Shown in pieces: positions 1 to 6,881 of a stretch of 19,107 nucleotides of DNA. The stretch is from the NCBI GenBank assembly GCA_964236955.1, contig CAXSGP010000029.1:28518-47624 (forward strand), written 5' to 3'. Within the stretch, counting starts at the first letter, position 1, and each line of letters begins with the position of its first letter. Under the pieces are notes generated by a model that ran no database searches, was not told the DNA's origin, and saw only the letters and a program-made list of their open reading frames with translations. The translations under genes were made by a program, and so were the position numbers. Source of the DNA: an uncultured Oligoflexus sp. (GTDB lineage Bacteria; Bdellovibrionota_B; Oligoflexia; Oligoflexales; Oligoflexaceae).

Positions 1-426
1 GATGGTATCGAGGACCACCCGCTTAGCCTTTATCTGGTCGATGGCGTAGGCCAAACGAACGAAGATACCTTCCAGATCAAAGGCACCGGTTTCCTCGATG
101 GGGCTGCTTGGAATGACGATATGGTCCAAGCGTAGCAGGTTTCGCGCTTCCAGATCCCGCAGATCAAAGCCCAGGGATCTGACATTTTCAACGAGTTCGT
201 TTTCCCCTTCTTCGAAGGAGATAAAGACGCCGGGATCGCCAAAATTGAGTGCCCCACGCACCAAAAACTCCATGGCAAACAGGGTCTTGCCACAACCCGC
301 ACCACCACAAACCAACGCCGGCCGACCGAGCGGAAGGCCCCCTTCGGTCAATTCGTCGAAGCCACGGATTCCGGTCGGACACTTGAGAAGATTCGTTCGC
401 CCCGCTATCGAATTAATTAATTCCAT
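1..426 (-). CDS. kaiC: Circadian clock ATPase KaiC, N-terminal CI domain; gene runs off the left edge of the window
   Basis: Manual translation of the minus strand from the ATG at 426: MELINSIAGRTNLLKCPTGIRGFDELTEGGLPLGRPALVCGGAGCGKTLFAMEFLVRGALNFGDPGVFISFEEGENELVENVRSLGFDLRDLEARNLLRLDHIVIPSSPIEETGAFDLEGIFVRLAYAIDQIKAKRVVLDTI. It has Walker A GGAGCGKT, the catalytic FEE, Walker B VVLD and the KaiC-typical PTGI.GFD...GGLP.GR motif. GAGCAGG lies upstream. Not in the ORF track because there is no stop in the window. Confidence 0.92.
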   Translation of the reverse strand, partial: MELINSIAGRTNLLKCPTGIRGFDELTEGGLPLGRPALVCGGAGCGKTLFAMEFLVRGALNFGDPGVFISFEEGENELVENVRSLGFDLRDLEARNLLRLDHIVIPSSPIEETGAFDLEGIFVRLAYAIDQIKAKRVVLDTI

Positions 427-585
427 TGCCTGCTCATGGTTTAGGTTGTGCTTGAGAATGGAGGTACTGGGATCGCCGGTAAATTTTGGCTACGGACTTG
501 GTTCGGCTGAGCGCTCCCTCATATTACGCGCGGGAATTGTTGAATCATAGTCCGATTGTCGGGCCAGGAAGAATATTGGGACGAC

Positions 586-759
586 TTAGATTTGGCACAT
601 CCCTTTGTGCCGCGCTTCTTCGGTCTGGGCTTCGCTTGGCGGCAATAGGCCTTTGGCTTTGTAATAAGGCATGGCGAAGCTTTCGGACATCGCTGCATAA
701 ATAATGGACTGACTACGGTCAGTAAACTTGGTGAGCTTGGAAAGGTTATTGTCGGTCAT
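586..759 (-). CDS. Possible small hypothetical protein (57 aa) upstream of kaiC
   Basis: ATG at 759 preceded by GGTGG; MTDNNLSKLTKFTDRSQSIIYAAMSESFAMPYYKAKGLLPPSEAQTEEARHKGMCQI. It fills an otherwise empty gap on the same strand as kaiC. No recognisable family. Confidence 0.3.
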   Translation of the reverse strand: MTDNNLSKLTKFTDRSQSIIYAAMSESFAMPYYKAKGLLPPSEAQTEEARHKGMCQI

Positions 760-857
760 TTTCCCGCCACCAAGGGATTGGCCACTCAGGGGGAGGATAC
801 GTACAAGCCTGCTAGCCGATTCAGTCCTAAAGGGCTTTTTTCTCTCTTGATGAATTT

Positions 858-873
858 TGGCAAGCTTTTTGCT
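858..873 (+). promoter_or_regulatory. Sigma-54 (RpoN) -24/-12 promoter candidate for the GlsB/YeaQ gene
   Basis: TGGCAAGCTTTTTGCT has exact GG-N10-GC spacing and one mismatch to TGGCAC-N5-TTGCW. It lies about 80 nt upstream of the ATG at 952. Confidence 0.55.
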
Positions 874-951
874 TTGTATGGCACATGGCACCGGCAAACA
901 AGGCTAGCCAGGATAGTGCAGATGATACTGCCCACGAATAAAAGGAAATTT

Positions 952-1221
952 ATGACAATCGAGACCGTTTTGATTTGGGCAGTCATTGGATTGATAGCGG
1001 GTTGGTTGGCATCCGCTGTCATTGGCGGAGGCTTCGGCATCGTCGGCGATATCGTGATTGGTGTGGTAGGAGCTTTTCTGGGCGGATTCATATTCCGCAC
1101 TCTTGGCATTGGGACTCCGTTTGGAGGCATAGCAGGAACGATTTTTGTCGCGTTTATCGGTGCCGTGGTCCTGATCCTTCTGCTCCGGTTGATCGGTAAA
1201 TCGCGGCGGAGCGGGCAGTAA
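952..1221 (+). CDS. GlsB/YeaQ/YmgE family stress-response membrane protein (transglycosylase-associated)
   Basis: MTIETVLIWAVIGLIAGWLASAVIGGGFGIVGDIVIGVVGAFLGGFIF...AFIGAVVLILLLRLI is the typical Gly-rich, about 3-TM family pattern. SD AAGGA before ATG 952 favours this start over 778. Confidence 0.92.
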   Translation: MTIETVLIWAVIGLIAGWLASAVIGGGFGIVGDIVIGVVGAFLGGFIFRTLGIGTPFGGIAGTIFVAFIGAVVLILLLRLIGKSRRSGQ

Positions 1222-1224
1222 GAG

Positions 1225-1241
1225 AAAGGGCTGGGCCCTTT
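1225..1241 (+). terminator. Short hairpin after the GlsB/YeaQ gene
   Basis: AAAGGGC-TGG-GCCCTTT directly after the stop codon; the U-tract is weak. Confidence 0.35.
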
Positions 1242-1379
1242 ACCCGTTGCTTAAAAGATACATGAATCTATGTTATGGTTTCCAAAGATTCCTGTGGGAT
1301 GACAGAAACTGCAAATTGCTCGGTAATGGGAAGGCGCAGCAGCATGTCCATCCTCATCGGCGAGCCTTTTGAATGGGCA

Positions 1380-1405
1380 AGAGGCCGGAGCAAAGTCCGG
1401 CCTCT
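1380..1405 (-). terminator. Hairpin/terminator downstream of the M16 peptidase
   Basis: Perfect 10-bp stem AGAGGCCGGA-GCAAAG-TCCGGCCTCT, 16 nt past the stop codon. Confidence 0.6.
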
Positions 1406-1421
1406 CTTCCTTCTGATCCGG

Positions 1422-4250
1422 TCAACTTCCTTTAGCGGGAGCAGATGCTGGCTCAATAGGAGGCGCCGGTAGACTTGCGGCCTTTTGATCCAAAGCTTCA
1501 ATAGCAAAAAATTTCGCCGGCACAACCAAATCCCTGACGACACGATTCACGTCATCCCGATTCAGCGCGGCGATCTTCTCGTCAAGTTCCTTATTAAAGG
1601 CCAAGGTACGGCCCAAATCCATATTTTTGCTGATAATATCCATGATAAACCCATCACGGGTCAGCGCGTTGCGGCGCTGCTCGGCATAAGCTGTCTTGGC
1701 TTCTTTCAACTCGACTTCGGTGATGCCGTCTTTGGCAAATTTGGCCGCTTCCTCGCGTATCGCCGCAGTGGCTTTGGCAACGTTGGAAGGAGCACAGATA
1801 GCAAAGGCCGAAATATAACCCACATCGCTCTTCTGATCGGCACGAAAGCTACCACCCGCACCATAGGACAGACCATCCTTTTGACGAAGACGGTTGATCA
1901 AACGGGACGAAGCCCCTTGTCCCCAAACCAATCCAGCAATTCGACTGGCAGGAAAACGGGGATCATTTTCCTTAAATTTGAAGGTTTGTCCCATAGCGAC
2001 CTGAGCCCCCTTTTTATCCGGAGTATTAAAGATCTGAACGGCCGAGGGAACCTCTTTCGACTCATAACGGATCGCTTCAAACGCGACCGGTGCTCTCCAG
2101 TTGCCGATAAGCTTCGTCAATTGTGCTTTGACCTGCGTTGAATCAAAATCGCCAACCATAACCAGACGGCCGGAACCGCCGCCCAACAGTTTGCTATAGA
2201 CTTCCTTGACATCATTCAAAGTCATCGCTTCGGTGAGCTTAATCTCTTCGTCGATAGTGGGAATATAGCGGATATCCGTTGCCGGGTAATTGCCGACCGA
2301 GCGAAGAAAGGCGCGCGAAGCCAATTCGCTTGGGTCCTCGCGAACTTCAATGAGGCCGGCGATCCATTCTTTTTTCGCCAATGCAAACTGAACCGGATCA
2401 AAGCGTGGCGTATTCAACACTTCGCCAAAAAGATCGAGAACTTCGGGCAGCTTGCCTTTGACCGTATTCAGATTGAAAGACAAGGAGTTTGGATCGTCGA
2501 TAGTCCAGCTTGAGCCGCCCGAAATTCCTGCTTTAAGTATGGACAGGTCGTCACGGATCTTTTCGAAGTCACGTTTTTTCGTCCCGCGCAGCATGAATCT
2601 TGGCAAAAAGTGCAGAGCCACCAGACGGTTCTTAAGACTTGCCGCAGTGCCGACAGGCAGTTCCATACTTAACGAAACCGGGGCGCCGCGTGATTTTTTT
2701 GGCATCAACGCGACCTTCATACCATTTGGCAGCTGACTGTATTCGGTGCGAGCCATGATCGTATCAAAGCTTGGATTAAAGGCTTCGCCTGCTTCCATCT
2801 CCACGCGGCCCTTATAGTCCTTGACCATGGCTTTGACATCGCCACGGGTGAGAAGGGGGGTCCGGTCGGCATCTTTGGTAGGGATGAAAATTCCGAGGGT
2901 CCGGTTGGAGGGTTTGAAATACTGGAAGACGGTTTTCAATTGATCAAGTTTCAGATTCTCAACGCGGTCGCGATTGAGAAAGAGCAGTCGCCAATCACCC
3001 ATCGCTGCAAATTCACTCAACTCTATGCCGATCCGTGCACTATCGGTCATGCCAAGATCGAAGGAACGAGCAAAGTCAGCCTGATAGCGCCGGAGGTCGG
3101 TATCGGTGATTTGATTGGGCTTTAGATTCTCAATGAGAGAGATCAGTTTCTGGCTGACGATGCGGGGGTCTTTGCCCTTAGCGACCTTAGCTGTGAAATA
3201 GAATACGCCGGGCTCAGCGAGCGAATAGCTGGCGCCACCAACCTCGGTAGCCAAACCCTTTAAAACCAGCTCTTTATAAAGAAGGCCGCTGGGTTTTTGT
3301 GCGAGCGCCGATACCACGGCGTCAACCGCTGGCGCCGTAGGATCACTTCCTGCGACAGTATGATAGAGGACACCGACCACCGCCTGTTCGCCCTGGCGAC
3401 GCAAAACAATTTCTCGCTCGCCTTCCTGCACCGGTTCTACGGTATAGGTCTCTATCAGCCTGCGTTCAGGGCGGGGGATACCGCCGAAGTTTTTTTCGAT
3501 CAGAGCCAGTGCCTCTTTTTCGTCAAAAGATCCGGCCAGCACGAGGAGCGCATTATCAGGCTGATAGTACTTTTGATAGAACTCTTTGAGCTTCGGTACG
3601 GGAACTTTTTCAATATCGCTCTTATTGCCGATTGTGGTCCGGCCATAACCGTGCCATTGATAGGCACTACTGAACATCTGCTCGAGAAGGATGCTGCTGG
3701 GCTCATTTTCACCCTGCTCAAACTCATTGCGAACGACGCTAAATTCCTTGGCCAACTGATCCGCGGCAATCGAACTGTTGATCATTCGATCAGCTTCAAG
3801 GGCTAGGGCAAAGTTGAGATTCTCTTTCGAGGCAGGAAGGATCTCATGATAGTTGGTGCGGTCATACCAGGTGGAGGCATTGAAGTTTGCACCCTGCTGC
3901 TGCAGCAGCTTCCATATGTCAGGACGAGTCGGAGTGCCTTTGAACATCATATGTTCCAAGAGATGGGCCATCCCTGCCTCGCCATTGCCTTCGTGTCGCG
4001 AGCCAACAAAATAGGTAAGGTTGACCGTTACCCGGGGCTTGGAAGCATCAGGAAAGAGAACGACCTTTAGGCCATTCGCCAAATTGTATTCCTTGAGCCC
4101 TTCGACTTCGGTGATAAAAGTAGGAGAGGAAGGCGAAGGCGCGGTGGCGGCAGGCGTGGAGGCCTTGGCTGATAAAGTCTGCATAGACAGGCCCACGCTC
4201 ATCAAGAGCGCCAAGGCCATGCCTGAAGCAAGGTGTCTTTGCATAAACAT
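1422..4250 (-). CDS. Secreted M16 family zinc metallopeptidase (pitrilysin/PqqL-like), 942 aa
   Basis: N-terminal signal peptide; inverted zinc motif HLLEH in GMAHLLEHMMFKGT; NASTWYDRTNY; distal Glu in VVRNE; a second M16 half lacking HXXEH; C-terminal R...GLSY (LRQKDGLSYG) substrate-binding motif. Confidence 0.95.
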   Translation of the reverse strand: MFMQRHLASGMALALLMSVGLSMQTLSAKASTPAATAPSPSSPTFITEVEGLKEYNLANGLKVVLFPDASKPRVTVNLTYFVGSRHEGNGEAGMAHLLEHMMFKGTPTRPDIWKLLQQQGANFNASTWYDRTNYHEILPASKENLNFALALEADRMINSSIAADQLAKEFSVVRNEFEQGENEPSSILLEQMFSSAYQWHGYGRTTIGNKSDIEKVPVPKLKEFYQKYYQPDNALLVLAGSFDEKEALALIEKNFGGIPRPERRLIETYTVEPVQEGEREIVLRRQGEQAVVGVLYHTVAGSDPTAPAVDAVVSALAQKPSGLLYKELVLKGLATEVGGASYSLAEPGVFYFTAKVAKGKDPRIVSQKLISLIENLKPNQITDTDLRRYQADFARSFDLGMTDSARIGIELSEFAAMGDWRLLFLNRDRVENLKLDQLKTVFQYFKPSNRTLGIFIPTKDADRTPLLTRGDVKAMVKDYKGRVEMEAGEAFNPSFDTIMARTEYSQLPNGMKVALMPKKSRGAPVSLSMELPVGTAASLKNRLVALHFLPRFMLRGTKKRDFEKIRDDLSILKAGISGGSSWTIDDPNSLSFNLNTVKGKLPEVLDLFGEVLNTPRFDPVQFALAKKEWIAGLIEVREDPSELASRAFLRSVGNYPATDIRYIPTIDEEIKLTEAMTLNDVKEVYSKLLGGGSGRLVMVGDFDSTQVKAQLTKLIGNWRAPVAFEAIRYESKEVPSAVQIFNTPDKKGAQVAMGQTFKFKENDPRFPASRIAGLVWGQGASSRLINRLRQKDGLSYGAGGSFRADQKSDVGYISAFAICAPSNVAKATAAIREEAAKFAKDGITEVELKEAKTAYAEQRRNALTRDGFIMDIISKNMDLGRTLAFNKELDEKIAALNRDDVNRVVRDLVVPAKFFAIEALDQKAASLPAPPIEPASAPAKGS

Positions 4251-4267
4251 GCATCCTTACAGGTCAA

Positions 4268-4300
4268 CGTTATATAAATTCTACAGCCTGAAATATAACG
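4268..4300. promoter_or_regulatory. Inverted repeat, possible operator upstream of the M16 gene
   Basis: CGTTATAT-N17-ATATAACG encloses a minus-strand TAGAAT (-10-like, 4278-4283) and lies 18-50 nt from the start codon. Confidence 0.35.
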
Positions 4301-4440
4301 CTATTTGTCGAAGATTTTCATGAGAAAAGGCGGGATTTGTGAAACGGCGCAACAAATACTTTTACAGCGGAGCACTTGTCGTCAAAATGACTTTTAAAAG
4401 GGTCGGATGGATTATGACCCAATATCATGGCCGACGTGGA

Positions 4441-4674
4441 TTAGCTGACCTTCGTCATGGGGGATACGGTCAATGACCCCATCTTGAAGAAGCGGGAATG
4501 GGCATGGCAATCATAGTATTCATTGGGATATTCATTTTGGAGATGCTCGTGCGACTCTTTGAGGAGTTCACAGACATCAGCCTGCTGAAAGCTCGGCGAC
4601 GCAACCGGGTCAGGGATTAAACTCGCAGTGGAAAAAAACAGTCCGATGAAAGACAGTCTAAGGCAAAGGCCCAT
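4441..4674 (-). CDS. Small hypothetical exported protein (77 aa)
   Basis: SD-like GAGGG upstream; signal-peptide-like N-terminus (MGLCLRLSFIGLFFSTASL); does not overlap other genes. Confidence 0.45.
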   Translation of the reverse strand: MGLCLRLSFIGLFFSTASLIPDPVASPSFQQADVCELLKESHEHLQNEYPNEYYDCHAHSRFFKMGSLTVSPMTKVS

Positions 4675-4941
4675 TGAGTACCCTCGTCATGATGAAGTGG
4701 CTTGCTTATAGTAAGAGTTTAGCAAAGTCAGTCGAATTAAACCTGTTCAAAAAATGCCTAGTAAAAATACGCAAGAACCGTCGTGCCTAAGGCAGATCGT
4801 TTGGAAGGGGATTCAAAGCTTTAAGAAAAAAACCGGTCCGTGTGGAAATTACCAAAATATTCTGCCATTCACCAGCAGAAATACTTATAATATAAGCGAC
4901 TTACAACATACGAATTCAATCTTCATAAAGGGTAATCGGGA

Positions 4942-5283
4942 ATGCTTCGCACAGTCATTTTGCTTTTTCTTTCCAATGTGTTTATGACTTTTGCCTGGTA
5001 CGGTCATCTGAAGGATTTTAAGGATAGATCGCTCATTCTTGTGATCGCCATAAGTTGGGGGATTGCCTTTTTTGAATACTGTCTGCAGGTGCCGGCGAAT
5101 CGTATCGGTTCCGATTTCTTTACCCTGCCGCAACTTAAGATCATTCAAGAGGTGATCACCCTGGTCGTCTTTGTTCTCTTCACCCTTTTCTATATGAAAC
5201 AAAAGATTCAACTCAACTTTCTGTGGGCGGGCCTTTGTATGATGGCGGCGGTTTACTTTATCTTTCAGAAATCCACGCCATGA
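4942..5283 (+). CDS. DMT family small membrane protein (DUF486/DMT_6)
   Basis: Signature motifs SNVFMTFAWYGHLK, SWGIAFFEYCLQVPANRIG and QLKIIQEVITL; about 4 TM helices. Confidence 0.93.
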   Translation: MLRTVILLFLSNVFMTFAWYGHLKDFKDRSLILVIAISWGIAFFEYCLQVPANRIGSDFFTLPQLKIIQEVITLVVFVLFTLFYMKQKIQLNFLWAGLCMMAAVYFIFQKSTP

Positions 5284-5492
5284 CCCATGGCTGAAAACCG
5301 GCATTTTTTCTCAACTTCATTCAACAAGTTGATATTTTTAAGATTTCCAGCCTTGGTCAGAGAAGGAGTGACGGCGATGTCTTGCTTCCTTGGCCTGGTA
5401 CTCCTATCATCAGAATGCGTAAAGGCTATCGGCCATGGCGCATGGGCAGTCCTTATCTGCGCAATCAAATCAAACATTTGGGAGTTAATGCT

Positions 5493-5819
5493 ATGGCAAT
5501 ACAAGCAAAAGCTAAAGATAGTTTATCGGCGCTCAAAAGCGATGCCGAGCAAATGGGCAAAGATTTATCCGAACTGACCTCTGCAATCGGTCAAATCGGC
5601 AAAGAAGGTGGCGAGCGCCTCAGCGAAGAACTCGTTAAAAAACTCGAAGATCAGTTGGATGCTGTGACCACGCGCATCAGCTCACTTAGGGGCGAATTCA
5701 AAGTTGGTGCTGAAAAAGTCGACCAACATGTTAAAACCAACCCTTATCTTTACCTACTCGGTGCCGCTGGCCTAGGTTTCTTTTTGGGAAAGATCCTGCC
5801 CAGCCTCAAGCGATCCTAG
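5493..5819 (+). CDS. ElaB/YqjD/DUF883 family tail-anchored membrane protein
   Basis: SD GGAG before ATG 5493; helical charged body; C-terminal family motif DQHVKTNPYLYLLGAAGLGFFLGKIL. Confidence 0.85.
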   Translation: MAIQAKAKDSLSALKSDAEQMGKDLSELTSAIGQIGKEGGERLSEELVKKLEDQLDAVTTRISSLRGEFKVGAEKVDQHVKTNPYLYLLGAAGLGFFLGKILPSLKRS

Positions 5820-5827
5820 ACAGTGCG

Positions 5828-6175
5828 GTGAGACTTAGCTCTCACCTCTCTTCGACCACGGATAAATTGGAAAGCACAGTGGCGGGCAGTTTAGTCAAAG
5901 GCATAGGCAAACTGAAGGCTCTCGAACATGAAGTGCATATCCGAACGAAGCAATTCCAAAGAAAATTGGCGATGCTCTCAGTTGCTATCCTGGTCGCGAT
6001 CCTAGGTGTTGGAGTCTGGGCAATTGCCGCCTATCAAGCTTTTTTGGTGATCATGTCACCGGCATGGGCAGCATTCGTTACGGGATTGGCCCTGTTTGCG
6101 ATTTGTGGCGTCTTAATCTTTCTTTCGCAGCATCAGTCGGTCCTTCGCTATAAACTCGATAAGCTCAGAACCTAA
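5828..6175 (+). CDS. YqjE-like (phage-holin-family) two-TM membrane protein
   Basis: GTG start 8 nt after the DUF883 gene; soluble N-terminus followed by two hydrophobic helices (..SPAWAAFVTGLALF..); matches the usual yqjD-yqjE arrangement. Confidence 0.65.
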   Translation: MRLSSHLSSTTDKLESTVAGSLVKGIGKLKALEHEVHIRTKQFQRKLAMLSVAILVAILGVGVWAIAAYQAFLVIMSPAWAAFVTGLALFAICGVLIFLSQHQSVLRYKLDKLRT

Positions 6176-6881
6176 GCGCCAAGGCGAGGGGCAGATGATC
6201 CGAAGAGCCTCGCCAGTCAGCCTTTCTTAGAACCTCTGCCGTCTCGATTTCAAGGCCTCTTACATAGATGCGATCCAACGGAAAGAGCGGGTATATTGCA
6301 GGAAAACTTCTTGCATGACGCCCGTTTTTTACTTGGAAGGCTTCCCGCAGCTGCAAGGTCTCTTTAAACGTACGAGACATCTCGCCCCGCCAATCATTGA
6401 AATCACCACCTAGGACCAAAGCTTCATCGGGGTCGATCTCGCGTGCGATAAAGTGTGTGAGAGTCCTGGCTTGAAACTGCCGTTCGGCCCGGCTCAATCC
6501 GAAGTGGGTGCAGATCAAGGACAGAGGCTTTTGTTCGTCCTCAAGCCACATGCGGGCATGGAGGAAGGAACGTTCCTGCCGTCTGCTGAAGCTCATATCG
6601 ATATGCTGCCAGTCCAAAATGGGGTGACGGCTGAGAATGCCATTGCCTTGCTCGCCTTGAGGAAGAATAGCCGTCGCCACACAGACCTGGTGAGGCCAAA
6701 CTTCGCGAAGGGTTTCCACGATCACATAATCGAGGGCCCCGTTCGGCAGCCAGAGTTCCTGGAGCAAAATAATATCGGCTTGCGAACTCTTGATGAAGGC
6801 AGCCAGGCTCTCGGCGACGTTTACCCTTTTGAAAGCACTTAAGCCCCAATGGATATTATAGCTAAGTATATGAATCGCCAC
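6165..6881 (-). CDS. Endonuclease/exonuclease/phosphatase family protein (YbhP-like)
   Basis: Motifs SYNIH, DIILLQE, GNGILSR, CTHFGL, GGDFNDW, LDRIY and SDHLP. The GTG start overlaps the upstream TAG (TAGTG). Confidence 0.93.
   Translation of the reverse strand: MAIHILSYNIHWGLSAFKRVNVAESLAAFIKSSQADIILLQELWLPNGALDYVIVETLREVWPHQVCVATAILPQGEQGNGILSRHPILDWQHIDMSFSRRQERSFLHARMWLEDEQKPLSLICTHFGLSRAERQFQARTLTHFIAREIDPDEALVLGGDFNDWRGEMSRTFKETLQLREAFQVKNGRHARSFPAIYPLFPLDRIYVRGLEIETAEVLRKADWRGSSDHLPLALALRF

Noticed and set aside
98..550. 150-aa plus-strand ORF and the short minus-strand ORFs 30-308 and 188-382
   Set aside because: Antisense or out-of-frame shadows of kaiC.
778..951. N-terminal extension of the GlsB/YeaQ ORF
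   Set aside because: The family proteins are about 85-90 aa, there is a good SD before ATG 952, and the extension overlaps the promoter candidate.
4754..4987. 77-aa plus-strand ORF upstream of the DMT gene
   Set aside because: It sits in an AT-rich promoter-like region, has no SD and overlaps the DMT start out of frame.
5382..5492. N-terminal extension of the DUF883 ORF
   Set aside because: A strong GGAG precedes ATG 5493 and the extension is not family-like.
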